Positions 7,111 to 17,998 of a DNA stretch of 64,000 nt are shown here, one piece after another. Below the pieces are notes generated by a model. It saw only the letters and a program-made list of their open reading frames with translations, was not told the DNA's origin and did no database searches. The DNA is from Novosphingobium sp. (lineage in GTDB: Bacteria; Pseudomonadota; Alphaproteobacteria; Sphingomonadales; Sphingomonadaceae). The stretch is from positions 905 through 64,904 of the forward strand of contig JAYRDH010000008.1 of assembly GCA_041909515.1 (NCBI GenBank). Direction: 5' to 3'. The position numbers were made by a program, and so were the translations under genes. Within the stretch, counting starts at the first letter, position 1. Every line of letters starts with the position of its first letter.

Positions 7111-9822
7111 TCAGAACTTGAACACCACCGTGCCGCTGATCGTGCGCGGCGCGCCGATCTGGACGAAGTTCGGCGAACCATAGGACGACACGCCCGTGGT
7201 GCGGTTGAAGGTGTTCGACTGCACCAGACCGCCGCCAAAGCCACCGACATAGAGGCTGTTGGTCAGGTTGTAGACGTTGAACTGGAGATAGGTCTGGTCG
7301 TTCAGGCCCAGCATTTCCAGGCTGAGGCGCGCGTCCAGGTTGACCAGCCAGTAAGCCGGCGCGGTGGCGCCATAGATCTTGCCGGTGGCGGCAGTCTGCG
7401 CGGCGGTCAGCGCCGGGGTCGCACCCGTGCTGGTCTTGGCGCCCAGCGGCACGAACGAGCCCTGGAAAGTGGCTTCGTTGGTGTCGTAGACATAACGCTC
7501 ACCCGTGCGCTTCGCCGTCAGGCCCACTTCCAGCGGGCCAAGCTTGCCACGGATGGTGCCGCCCCAGCTGTACTTCGGCGCACCCGCTTCCCGCTTGCCG
7601 GCAGTCGGCGCATAGATCGGGGTGCCATCGGCGTTTTCGCCGACCACGATGTTGTCGCGGATTTCCGACTTCATCACGCTGCCGAACGCATAGAGCGTCA
7701 GGTAGTCAGCCGGCTGGTAGGCGACATAGCCGTCCACGCCATACTTCTTCACGTTACCCAGGTTGCGGTACACGTTCTGGTCCAGCACCGGATCATAGGC
7801 GCTGGCAAGACGGTTGCGGAACTGGTTGTAATAGCCGGAGATCGAGGCCTGGACCTTGCCCGAACGGTAACGCAGGCCCAGGTCGAAGTTGTCGGTCGTT
7901 TCCGGCTTCGGCTTGGTCCCGGCAGTGCCCGGCGCGAAGTAGAACGCGTTGTACAGGCTGTCCGTGCCCGGAACCGACAGCCCCTGCGAGAAGTTCGCGA
8001 AGACGCTGACGTTGTCGATCACGTTATAGGTGAAGCCGACGTTCGGCAGGACCTTGTTGAAGTTGAACACGCGCTGCTGCGGACCCGAACGCGTCGGATT
8101 CAGCGTGGCATAGGCCGAATTCAGCGCGCTGTTGGTGCCGAAGCAGTCCACGAAGCCGCCCGCCGAGGTGGTGAAGCAGTTCTGGGTCAGGTCACGGCGG
8201 AAGAACGGCGCGCGGACACCGGCCGTCACGGTCAGACGGCTGTCCAGGAACTCACCGCGATATTCGCCCGACACCTGGTGCAGCACGGCATAGGACAGGC
8301 GGTCACGCTTTTGCAGGATCGTGCCGGTGGCGTCCTTCAGCCCTTCGTTCACCGGGAAGACGTCCAGCGGCTCACCGGTATAGGCCAGGCCGCCCACTTC
8401 GCCCGTCTGGCGGTGACGTGCACGGTCAAACGTGTAGGTCAGACGCAGCGTGTTGGATTCATCCATTTCATACCGCAGACCGGCGATCGCGCCGATGCGG
8501 TGCGTCTGCGTCTGGCTTGGTGCCATCAGCGTCACGCCCGCGCGGTTTACTGCGCGCTCTGCAGTAGTGGTGTTCGCACAACCACCACTCGAAGTCTGGA
8601 TACAGGTGTCCAGCACATCACCATCACCATTCAGATCCCGGCCAAACCAGTACTGGCCTCCAACAAAGCCGGTATAAGCAACACCGCCGCTCAGATAAGA
8701 ACCTTCGCGACCGGTCACGGTGCCGCCGCCATTGGCCTTGACGTACTGATAGCTCGGCTCGACGTTGAGAGTCAGGCTGTCAGCCAGCGTCAGGCGCAGC
8801 TGGGCGCGAACGTTGCCGGTGTTCGACGGGTTGTACCGGCGGTCGAATTCGGTGCCGCAGGTGCTCGCCGTATCAGCCGTGCCATTGACCCCAGCCGGGA
8901 TCATGCAGGGATAGTTGATCTTGTACTGGCGCTCCTCCGTGGTGATCGGGAAGCGGTTGCTCGAATCCGAACCGGCAACGCGCGGCGCCGAGTTGGTCAG
9001 GCTCTGCGTCAGGTCGGTGCGCAGCGGCAGCGAACCGAAGAAGTTGTTGCGGTTCTGGTTGTAGTGGCCCGACAGCGAGAAGAAGTCATCGCCGCCCAGC
9101 GGCTGATAGATCTTCGCGTTGAACTGCTGCTTGTCGACCTTGCCATAGTTGTTGAACGGATTGTCGTTCGTCGCGCGGCTGGCCGACACGAACGCGCGCA
9201 GGCCGCTTTCGGTCAGATCGCCGGTTTCAACCTTCACGAACAGGCGCATGAAGTCATATTCACCCGCCGAACCCGACAGCATGATGCCCATGTCGTGGTC
9301 GGGCTTCTTCGAGCGCAGGTTGACGGTGCCGCCAACTGCCGACGCGGTCGGGCTGTCGACGTCGGTGGTGCCGAGGTTGACGTTGACCTGCTCGATCAGT
9401 TCCGGATCGATCTGCTGGTTCGAATAGATCGCATAGTTGCCCGAATCGTTCAGCGGCACGCCGTCGAAGGTCAGGCTGATGCGGTCGGACGAGAAGCCGC
9501 GGATCGAGAGCGTACCACCCGACGAACCATAGGCATCGTTGTTCTGGAAGCTGACGCCGGGGATCTGGTTGATCGTGTCGAGGATCGTCTGGCCGGGGTT
9601 CTGGCGCTGGATGTTCTCAGCGGTCAGGACGGCCTTGGCCTTCGACGTGTCGGGAGCCGAAACCCCGCCCACTTCCTGGGTGCCGCTGCGGGTCCCGGTG
9701 ACGATGATTTCCTTTTCGAAATCGACCGAACCGACCGACTGGGCAAACGCCGGGGTGGCAAGAGCGGCAACACCGATGGCGAGGCCACTGGTGGCTGCGG
9801 TCAGGGCAGAGTTGAGGCGCAT
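7111..9822 (-). CDS. TonB-dependent outer membrane receptor
   Basis: Signal peptide, TonB-box-like EIIVTGTR, plug motif LSIRGFSSDRISLTFDGVPLN, barrel motifs FNVYNLTN and terminal Phe (VVFKF); start set at MRLNSA. Confidence 0.96.
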   Translation of the reverse strand: MRLNSALTAATSGLAIGVAALATPAFAQSVGSVDFEKEIIVTGTRSGTQEVGGVSAPDTSKAKAVLTAENIQRQNPGQTILDTINQIPGVSFQNNDAYGSSGGTLSIRGFSSDRISLTFDGVPLNDSGNYAIYSNQQIDPELIEQVNVNLGTTDVDSPTASAVGGTVNLRSKKPDHDMGIMLSGSAGEYDFMRLFVKVETGDLTESGLRAFVSASRATNDNPFNNYGKVDKQQFNAKIYQPLGGDDFFSLSGHYNQNRNNFFGSLPLRTDLTQSLTNSAPRVAGSDSSNRFPITTEERQYKINYPCMIPAGVNGTADTASTCGTEFDRRYNPSNTGNVRAQLRLTLADSLTLNVEPSYQYVKANGGGTVTGREGSYLSGGVAYTGFVGGQYWFGRDLNGDGDVLDTCIQTSSGGCANTTTAERAVNRAGVTLMAPSQTQTHRIGAIAGLRYEMDESNTLRLTYTFDRARHRQTGEVGGLAYTGEPLDVFPVNEGLKDATGTILQKRDRLSYAVLHQVSGEYRGEFLDSRLTVTAGVRAPFFRRDLTQNCFTTSAGGFVDCFGTNSALNSAYATLNPTRSGPQQRVFNFNKVLPNVGFTYNVIDNVSVFANFSQGLSVPGTDSLYNAFYFAPGTAGTKPKPETTDNFDLGLRYRSGKVQASISGYYNQFRNRLASAYDPVLDQNVYRNLGNVKKYGVDGYVAYQPADYLTLYAFGSVMKSEIRDNIVVGENADGTPIYAPTAGKREAGAPKYSWGGTIRGKLGPLEVGLTAKRTGERYVYDTNEATFQGSFVPLGAKTSTGATPALTAAQTAATGKIYGATAPAYWLVNLDARLSLEMLGLNDQTYLQFNVYNLTNSLYVGGFGGGLVQSNTFNRTTGVSSYGSPNFVQIGAPRTISGTVVFKF

Positions 9823-9943
9823 GGCGAAGTAAATCCCTGTTATGGAACACTGAAACTGGCAGGACAGCCGCACGGCGAATCGCCGTTCAGCGCGGACTGG
9901 CGACGCTCTTACAAGCGTAGCGGGGCGGCTAGACACCCCAATT

Positions 9944-9959
9944 GTTACAGGTTTGTGAC
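9944..9959 (-). promoter_or_regulatory. Pho-box-like direct repeat upstream of the TonB-dependent receptor
   Basis: Minus strand GTCAC-AAACCT-GTAAC, half-sites 11 bp apart, as in the PhoB consensus CTGTCAT-A(A/T)A(A/T)-CTGT(C/A)A(C/T). Confidence 0.5.
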
Positions 9960-10150
9960 CGCAACCGGGGCGATTTCGCAGCCGATTCCGCGATTATGGA
10001 ATGACGTTTCGATACGCCCCGCAAACGCGTAATTTTGATGCGCGCAAACACCTCAACTCGTTCTTTTTTGCCGGGTCGGGATGGTTACACTCGCGACGAT
10101 TCTTGCTGCACTGCGGCATTTGTGCAACGCTGGCCGCGAAAGGGCGGATT

Positions 10151-11116
10151 TTGGGCGCAAACCACCTCCATCACGGGCATGACCACGGGCACGGGCACGA
10201 CCATTCGCATGGGCATGGGCATGGGCATCACCACCACCCCGCGCCCGGCGCGCACGGGGCGGCCTTTGCCATCGCGGTCACGCTCAATGCCGCATTCGTG
10301 GTGGCAGAGGTTATCGCGGGGTACCTCAGCGGATCGACCGCGCTGCTGGCGGATGCGGGGCACAACCTGGGTGACGTGCTGTCGCTGCTGCTGGCCTGGG
10401 GGGCCAGCGCGCTGGCGGCGCGGCCCGCCTCGGATCGGTACACCTACGGGTTCAAGAACAGCTCGATCCTGGCGGCCATCGCCAATGCCGCGCTGCTGTG
10501 GTTCGCGCTGGGGGCGGTGCTGGTGGAAACGCTGCGCCGCCTGTTCGATCCGCAGCCCGTGCAAGGCGGGATGATGATGATCGTCGCCGCGGTGGGCATC
10601 GCGATCAACCTGGGATCGGCGCTGCTGTTCATGCGCGGCAGCAAGGGCGACCTCAACTTGCGCGCCGCGTTCCTGCACCTGATGGCGGACGCGGTGGTGT
10701 CGGCCAGCGTGGTCTTCGCCGGGCTGGCCATCCTGCTGACTGGCCTGACCTGGATCGACCCGGTCGCCAGCCTGATCATCACCGTCGGGCTGGGCTGGGG
10801 CAGCTGGGACCTGCTGCGCGACGCGATCCGCATGGGCCTGCTGGCCGTGCCGCGCCACATCGATGACGGCGCGGTCCGCACGTTCCTTCGTTCGCGCCCC
10901 GGCGTGGCCGCCGTCCATGATCTGCACATCTGGCCGATGAGCACGACCGAAACCGCGCTGACCGCGCACCTGGTGATGCCCGGCGGCCATCCCGGCGATG
11001 CCTTCCTGCGCGAACTGGGTGAAGTGCTGGCGCGCGACCACCGGATCGACCACGCCACGGTGCAGATCGAGCACAATGCAGACGATTGCAGATTGATCCG
11101 TCACCTCCCACATTAG
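10151..11116 (+). CDS. Cation diffusion facilitator (CzcD/ZitB-like) with His-rich N-terminus
   Basis: ALLADAGHNLGD, NLRAAFLHLMAD, VHDLHIWPMSTT, HATVQIE; probable TTG start followed by HLHHGHDHGHGHDHSHGHGHGHHHH. Confidence 0.93.
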   Translation: MGANHLHHGHDHGHGHDHSHGHGHGHHHHPAPGAHGAAFAIAVTLNAAFVVAEVIAGYLSGSTALLADAGHNLGDVLSLLLAWGASALAARPASDRYTYGFKNSSILAAIANAALLWFALGAVLVETLRRLFDPQPVQGGMMMIVAAVGIAINLGSALLFMRGSKGDLNLRAAFLHLMADAVVSASVVFAGLAILLTGLTWIDPVASLIITVGLGWGSWDLLRDAIRMGLLAVPRHIDDGAVRTFLRSRPGVAAVHDLHIWPMSTTETALTAHLVMPGGHPGDAFLRELGEVLARDHRIDHATVQIEHNADDCRLIRHLPH

Positions 11117-11139
11117 CGGGCAGGTTGCACAAGGATCAC

Positions 11140-11628
11140 ATGATGCGTTCAAAATTGTGGCTGGCCGCTGGACTGGCCGTTTCCGCCCTCACCGCCCCGG
11201 CGCTGGCCCAGGATGACCAGAAACCGCTGTTTCAGGAACGCTATACCCAGTTGCGCGGCGCGTTGCAGGCGGGTGACGTGGCCGGGGCCAGGGCGATTCT
11301 GGCGCCGGGGTACGAGCTGACCGACATTCGCGGCGAAGTGCAGAACGCCGATGCCATGCTGGAACGCGCCGGCCGGATGCCGGCGGGCGCAGCGCGCAAG
11401 GTCGCCACCGAAGTGCTGGCGGTGTCCGTCAACGGCCCGCTCGCCACCGTGGAGCAAAAGCTCAACGCCGGGATGACCCGCCCCGGCAGCGATGCGACGA
11501 TGGAACTGGAAGTCACCTCCACCGACACCTGGGTGCGGCAGGGCGAAACCTGGCTGCTGTGGCGCAGCAAGCAGACCGAAATGGTCGTGAAGCGCGACGG
11601 CGAAGTGCTGTTCAGCCAGAAAAACTGA
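11140..11628 (+). CDS. Secreted NTF2-like/DUF4440 (SnoaL-like) protein
   Basis: Signal peptide ending PALA-QD; pattern ILAPGYELTDIRG...TDTWVRQGETW; AAGGA RBS. Confidence 0.7.
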   Translation: MMRSKLWLAAGLAVSALTAPALAQDDQKPLFQERYTQLRGALQAGDVAGARAILAPGYELTDIRGEVQNADAMLERAGRMPAGAARKVATEVLAVSVNGPLATVEQKLNAGMTRPGSDATMELEVTSTDTWVRQGETWLLWRSKQTEMVVKRDGEVLFSQKN

Positions 11629-11685
11629 ACCCCACGCCGGACGGGCGCGGGGTCAGCGGAATTGACGGTAAGGGTCGAGGCGGCG

Positions 11686-12942
<1,257 letters not shown>

Positions 12943-13115
12943 GCGCTTTCCTAATGCCCCTTGTCCGCAAGGGACTCGCCGGGAGTGTAACCCGGCCCGT
13001 TCAATTATCAATCCTGCGCCATAGCGCGTGTCATATTGCCGTCACCTGAAGCGGCAGGGTGGACGAATCCTTACCCGGCCTGGGGCCTTACCCCGCCGCA
13101 TCAGGCGCGGAAACC

Positions 13116-13808
13116 TTATTCCGGCGCGCCGCCCGTACCGGACTGGACGCCCACGGCATCGCTGTCAGGGCGGGCTTCGAACACCTTGTCGACCAGGCCG
13201 AAATCCATCGCTTCCTTCGCGTCGAGCCAGTTGTCGCGGTCCACCGCGGCTTCGATCTCTTCCAGCGGCTTGCCGGTATACTTGGCGTAGAGCTCGTTCA
13301 GGCGCTTGCGCAGACGCAGGATCTCACGCGCCTGGATTTCGATGTCGCTGGCCATGCCGCGCGCACCGCCCGACGGCTGGTGGATCATGATCCGCGCCTG
13401 CGGCAGCGCGATGCGCATGCCCGGTTCACCCGCCGCGAGCAGGAAGCTGCCCATCGAGCAGGCCTGGCCGATGCACACGGTCGACACGCGCGGGCGGATG
13501 TACTGCATCGTGTCATGGATCGCGAGGCCCGCCGTGACGACGCCGCCCGGCGAGTTGATGTACATCGAGATGTCCTTGCTCGGATTTTCCGATTCCAGGA
13601 ACAGCAGCTGCGCGACGATGACCGAGGCCATGTGATCCTCGACCTCGCCGGTCACGAAGATGATCCGTTCGCGCAGCAGGCGCGAATAGATGTCGAAGCT
13701 GCGTTCGCCGCGGCTGGACTGTTCCACCACCATCGGGATGAGCGCGCCGGTGACGGGGTCGCGGGTGAACTTGCCTTGGGCGCTGGACGAACCGAACAGA
13801 TCGATCAT
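13116..13808 (-). CDS. clpP: ATP-dependent Clp protease proteolytic subunit
   Basis: [29 protein letters not shown] (catalytic Ser), MIHQPSGG. Confidence 0.99.
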   Translation of the reverse strand: MIDLFGSSSAQGKFTRDPVTGALIPMVVEQSSRGERSFDIYSRLLRERIIFVTGEVEDHMASVIVAQLLFLESENPSKDISMYINSPGGVVTAGLAIHDTMQYIRPRVSTVCIGQACSMGSFLLAAGEPGMRIALPQARIMIHQPSGGARGMASDIEIQAREILRLRKRLNELYAKYTGKPLEEIEAAVDRDNWLDAKEAMDFGLVDKVFEARPDSDAVGVQSGTGGAPE

Positions 13809-13834
13809 GGGTTTCCTCGTTGATTGGCCCGCCT

Positions 13835-13863
13835 ATGTCGGCCCTGTCGCGCCGATGTTCAAG
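13835..13863 (-). promoter_or_regulatory. Candidate sigma-32 promoter of clpP
   Basis: Minus strand CTTGAA-N16-CCGACAT, similar to alphaproteobacterial RpoH promoters, 27 nt upstream of the clpP start. Confidence 0.55.
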
Positions 13864-13953
13864 AGCGTTAACCCACTGCCCGCCCGTGTCGGGATGCGTT
13901 TTCCGCCGCGCCGTGCAAGGAAATGTTGCAGGATTGGTGGTATTCCCGCCGTC

Positions 13954-15516
13954 ATGCCTGCCCCCCGCCCTTTTCACTGGCCCGCGCTGCGCAGCGGTGC
14001 GCCGCTCGATTCCCGCGCGGAACCGCTGGCCAGCGCGGCGCTGGCCTGGCTGGTCGCAGCCGGTTTCATGGCCGCGCTGACGTGGGTCTGTCTGGTGCGG
14101 GGGCCGTGGTACGATGAATTCTACACCTGGTATGTCACCCGTCCGGACCGCGGGTTTGGCGAAAGCCTGCGCGGCAGCTGGCTGGCTGACAATCACCCGC
14201 CGCTCTACTACGCGCTGACCTGGCCACTGCGCCAACTGGGCGGCACAATCGAAACCCAACGACTGGCCAGCCTGGGCGTGGCGGCGGCGGCACTATGCGG
14301 GGCCTGGACGCTGCTGCGCGGGCGGCCCCGGTTGTGGCTGCTGGGCGCGGCGTTCCTGCTGATGCTGGTGGGCCACGAGGCCGCCCTGCGCGCGGGGAGC
14401 GAGCTGCGCTCCTATTTCCTGTCCTACGCCGCCTGCGCGGTGCTGGTGCTGGCGCTGGTCACGGGCTGGCTGGAACAGGGGCTGCCGCGCGGGACGCAGC
14501 GGATCGTGCTGTGGGCGGCCATGGGCATCGCGTTCAACACCCACGTCGCCACCAGCCTGATCGCGGGCGCGCTGGTGCTGCCGTTCCTGCTGGCGGCATG
14601 GCTGCGCGGGAACCGTCCGCTCGCCTGGGCGCTGGCCCTGCCCGCGCTGGTCGCCGGGTCGGTGCTGCTGGCCATCAGCGCGCTGCAAATCCCGCAATGG
14701 CACCGGCAGACCGCGCAGTTCTGGATTCCGGCTGGCTTCGACGCGGCGCGCTGGTCGTTTGAATATGCCTTGCGGCGCACGTTGGTGTCCAACTGGGCAC
14801 TGACGCTGGCTGGGACGGCAGGCGGGGTGATGCTACTGATCGGAGCAGTACGCGCCCGCCGACTGGATTCCCGGACCGAAGCATGGCTGCTGCTGGCGGC
14901 AGGCGCCATGCTGGCGGGTACCATCCTGCTGGGATTGCACATGCTGCGGCCCATCGTGATCGAACGCTACCTGATCGGGCTGGTTCCGGCCTTTGCGATG
15001 CTGCTGGCGCTGGGTTTTGCCCGCCTGAGGGACTGGCTGCCGCCGCGCGTGGCCGTGCTGCTACTGGTGCTGGCGGCGCTGATGGCGGGGTTTAGCATCG
15101 CCGATTCCGCCGCCCGCGCCGCCGCCCGGCAAAGCTGGTCCGGCACCGCCGCGCTGATTGCGCGGGTCCAGCACGCCTGCCCCGCCACCGCCGTCCACAT
15201 CGATCCCGATCACTGGAATGCCTGGACGATGTCGTTCCCCCCGGCCGACAACCGCCCGGCCTTCTTCGCCGCCTATGCCCTGATGGCGCAGCGCGGCGGC
15301 TTCACGTTGGAACCGCTCACCTCGCGCCGGATGCCCGCTGATTGCCCCACCCTGTTCTGGGCGGAGCATGACACCCTGCGCAGCTTCGATCCCGCCCGGA
15401 TTACCGCGCACCTGCGCGCGCAGGGCTTTGCGATGGACGGGGTGTGGCAGTACCGGATCGATCACGGCTGGGTCGCGTCCAATCGCCCGCTCGACAGCGC
15501 GCTGACGGCAAACTAG
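13954..15516 (+). CDS. Polytopic GT-C-fold glycosyltransferase (PMT_2/ArnT/GT39-like)
   Basis: N-terminal loop GPWYDEFYT, DNHPPLYY, ELRSY, then many TM helices and a C-terminal soluble domain. Confidence 0.75.
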   Translation: MPAPRPFHWPALRSGAPLDSRAEPLASAALAWLVAAGFMAALTWVCLVRGPWYDEFYTWYVTRPDRGFGESLRGSWLADNHPPLYYALTWPLRQLGGTIETQRLASLGVAAAALCGAWTLLRGRPRLWLLGAAFLLMLVGHEAALRAGSELRSYFLSYAACAVLVLALVTGWLEQGLPRGTQRIVLWAAMGIAFNTHVATSLIAGALVLPFLLAAWLRGNRPLAWALALPALVAGSVLLAISALQIPQWHRQTAQFWIPAGFDAARWSFEYALRRTLVSNWALTLAGTAGGVMLLIGAVRARRLDSRTEAWLLLAAGAMLAGTILLGLHMLRPIVIERYLIGLVPAFAMLLALGFARLRDWLPPRVAVLLLVLAALMAGFSIADSAARAAARQSWSGTAALIARVQHACPATAVHIDPDHWNAWTMSFPPADNRPAFFAAYALMAQRGGFTLEPLTSRRMPADCPTLFWAEHDTLRSFDPARITAHLRAQGFAMDGVWQYRIDHGWVASNRPLDSALTAN

Positions 15517-15543
15517 CCTGCTCCCCAAATCAGGGGTTTGTTG

Positions 15544-17040
15544 ATGCGTTACCATGTCTTGCCGTTGATCGCCGCGCTGGCTGGCTGCGCTTCGCTGCCG
15601 GTCGTGCCGCAGGCCGACTTGTCCACGCCGACCGGGCAGGTTTCCGCCTACCTCCAGCGGATCGAGGCGGTAGACGATGCCGGGCCAACCATCGGCGCGG
15701 TCATCGCGATCAATCCCGATGCGCTGAAGCAGGCACAGATCGCGCAAGGGATGGCCGGGCCGCTGGCGGGCAAGGCCGTGCTGATCAAGGACAACATCGA
15801 AACCGCCGATCCCATGCCGACGACCGCCGGATCGCTGGCGCTGAAGGACAACATGACCGGCCGTGACGCGCCGCTGGTCGCCCGGCTGCGGGAAAAGGGC
15901 GTGGTCGTTCTGGGCAAGACCAACTTGTCCGAATGGGCCAACATCCGCTCCCCCAATTCGCAATCGGGGTGGAGCGCGACTGGCGGGCAGACCCGCAATC
16001 CCCACGCGATTGATCGCAACCCCTGCGGATCATCCAGCGGCAGCGGCGCCGCGATTGCGGCGGGCATGGCATGGGCGGCGATCGGCACGGAAACCGACGG
16101 GTCGATCACCTGCCCCGCCAGCGTCAACGGCATCGTCGGGTTCAAGCCGACCGTGGGCCTGATCAGCCGCACCCACATCGTGCCGATCAGCCACAGCCAG
16201 GACACGCCGGGACCGATGACCGCGACGGTCAAGGACGCCGCCTTGCTGACCAGCGCGATGGCGGGATCGGACCCGCTTGACCCCGCCACGGCCCGCGCCG
16301 ACCTTCACGCGGGCGACTTTGCCGCCGGGATCGACAGCGCCAGTCTGGCGGGTGTGCGGATCGGGGTGCTGCGCAAACAGGCCGGGCAAGACGCGCGGGT
16401 GCTGGCGGTATTCGATACTGCGCTGGCGGATCTGAAGGCCGCCGGGGCCGTGCTGGTCGACGTGCCGTTCGATTGGGATAACGCCCTGTTCCGCGACGAA
16501 GGGCTGGTGCTCTATTACGAACTCAAGCACGACCTGACCGCCTATCTTGCCGGACTGCCAGGCAACCCGCCGGTGCGCAGTCTGGCCGATGTGATCGCCT
16601 TCAACACCGCCAATGCCGCCACCGAGCTGCGCTGGTTCGGGCAGGAAACGTTTGAGCGGGCGGACAAGCTGACTGACCGCGCCGCTTACGAAAAGGCCCG
16701 CGAAAATTCGCTGCGGCTGGCGGGCCGGGACGGGATCGACAAGCTGCTGGCCGCACACAACGTGACGCTGCTGATTGCCCCGACCGAAGGCCCGGCCTGG
16801 CCGATCGACTACGTCACCCGCGCCAGTGCCCTGCCGGGCATCGGTGCGGGCTCGCTGGCCGCGGTCGCGGGCTATCCGCACCTCTCGGTGCCGATGGGGG
16901 CCGTTGAAGGCATGCCGGTGGGCCTGTCGATCATGGGCGCGCAGTGGCAGGACCGCGCCGTGCTCCACGCCGGCGCCGCCTATGAACGCGCCCGCACCGC
17001 CGCGATTCCGGTTGCCCAGCTCAAACGGTGGGGCGAATGA
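15544..17040 (+). CDS. Amidase-signature family lipoprotein
   Basis: Lipobox LAGC; LIKDNI, GKTNLSEWAN, GSSSGSGAA, GTETDGSI (Ser-cisSer-Lys triad). Confidence 0.93.
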   Translation: MRYHVLPLIAALAGCASLPVVPQADLSTPTGQVSAYLQRIEAVDDAGPTIGAVIAINPDALKQAQIAQGMAGPLAGKAVLIKDNIETADPMPTTAGSLALKDNMTGRDAPLVARLREKGVVVLGKTNLSEWANIRSPNSQSGWSATGGQTRNPHAIDRNPCGSSSGSGAAIAAGMAWAAIGTETDGSITCPASVNGIVGFKPTVGLISRTHIVPISHSQDTPGPMTATVKDAALLTSAMAGSDPLDPATARADLHAGDFAAGIDSASLAGVRIGVLRKQAGQDARVLAVFDTALADLKAAGAVLVDVPFDWDNALFRDEGLVLYYELKHDLTAYLAGLPGNPPVRSLADVIAFNTANAATELRWFGQETFERADKLTDRAAYEKARENSLRLAGRDGIDKLLAAHNVTLLIAPTEGPAWPIDYVTRASALPGIGAGSLAAVAGYPHLSVPMGAVEGMPVGLSIMGAQWQDRAVLHAGAAYERARTAAIPVAQLKRWGE

Positions 17041-17624
17041 GCGCGATGCAGATTCCCGCCGGCACGGTTCTGTTCCGCCCGGATGCCGAATGCACCGGGT
17101 TCGTGGTGGTTCATGGCGGCTCGGTCAAAGTCTCGCTCACCGCCGAAAATGGCCGTGAAATCGTGCTCTACCGCGTCCGTCCGGGCGGAATCTGCCTGCA
17201 AACCTTTGGCTGCCTGGTCAACGGCAGCCGCTATTCGGCCGAAGGCGTGGCCGAAACCGATCTGGAACTGGAAGTGATCCCGGTCGGCGAATTCCGCCGC
17301 CGCGTGGCAGAGGACACCGCCTTTCGCGAACAGCTGTTCTCCGCCGTCGCGGCCCGCTTTGCCGATCTGGAACGACTGGTAGAGGACGTCGCCTTGTCCA
17401 GCGTGGCCGAACGCCTCGCCCGTGCATTGCTGCGGCTGGCGGGGGACGGGGCGATGATTGATGCCACCCACGAATCACTGGCGACCGAGATTGGATCGGC
17501 CCGCGCGGTGGTCAGCCGCCAGTTGGGCGCGTTCCAGCGCGATGGGCTGATCGAGATCACCCGTGGCCACATCACCCTGCGCAACCGCGCCGACCTGCAG
17601 GTGCTGGCCCATTTGGCCGAATGA
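17037..17624 (+). CDS. Crp/Fnr-family transcriptional regulator
   Basis: cNMP-like beta barrel (GSVKV...GREIVLYRV.PGGICLQTFGCL) and HTH THESLATEIGSARAVVSRQL; ATGA overlap with the amidase stop. Confidence 0.92.
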   Translation: MSAMQIPAGTVLFRPDAECTGFVVVHGGSVKVSLTAENGREIVLYRVRPGGICLQTFGCLVNGSRYSAEGVAETDLELEVIPVGEFRRRVAEDTAFREQLFSAVAARFADLERLVEDVALSSVAERLARALLRLAGDGAMIDATHESLATEIGSARAVVSRQLGAFQRDGLIEITRGHITLRNRADLQVLAHLAE

Positions 17625-17658
17625 AATAATTCCGCCTGTAGAAATATTTTCGCGCTGT

Positions 17659-17671
17659 GTGACTATGTCAC
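17659..17671. promoter_or_regulatory. Perfect palindrome GTGAC-TAT-GTCAC, candidate operator of the adjacent Crp/Fnr regulator
   Basis: Exact inverted repeat between the regulator stop and the DUF2892 start. Confidence 0.5.
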
Positions 17672-17732
17672 CGACGCATACCGCCCGCGCGTGCCATACC
17701 TTGTATGTCGCAATTCAAGAGGGGTAGGTTTA

Positions 17733-17918
17733 ATGGCTCGCAACGAAGGCTCGCTCGACCGCGCAGTGCGGATTTTCCTCGGCATTTTCCTGATCGGTAT
17801 GGCGCTGTCCGGCGTCACCGCGTGGGGCTGGATCGGCGTGGTCCCGCTGCTGACCGGTCTGGTTGGCGTGTGCCCGGCCTATTCGATCTTCGGGATCAAC
17901 ACCTGCAAGGTTCGCTGA
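17733..17918 (+). CDS. DUF2892 (YgaP-like) small membrane protein
   Basis: NEGSLDRAVRIFLG...WGWIGVVPLLTGLVGVCPAYSIFGINTC; AGGGG RBS. Confidence 0.9.
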   Translation: MARNEGSLDRAVRIFLGIFLIGMALSGVTAWGWIGVVPLLTGLVGVCPAYSIFGINTCKVR

Positions 17919-17948
17919 TCCGGAGGAAATTACCTGGGTCGCACCGGT

Positions 17949-17998
17949 AAAGCAGAACGGCCTGGCGCAGGATAACCCGCACCAGGCCGTTCTTTGTT
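17949..17998. terminator. Probable bidirectional terminator between DUF2892 and tig
   Basis: agaacggcctgg / ccaggccgttct stem with A-rich and T-rich flanks, between convergent genes. Confidence 0.7.

Noticed and set aside
7069-10032. 987-aa plus-strand ORF, and similar long ORFs at 1592-3106, 11662-12954, 18002-19792, 46871-48733, 51478-53397, 53431-55242, 58490-61024 and 61539-63149
   Set aside because: Antisense shadows of well-supported genes; high GC3 removes stop codons on the opposite strand; no recognisable motifs.
9823-10150. Cobalamin or TPP riboswitch ahead of the TonB-dependent receptor
   Set aside because: No B12-box or TPP core motifs recognised on the minus strand.
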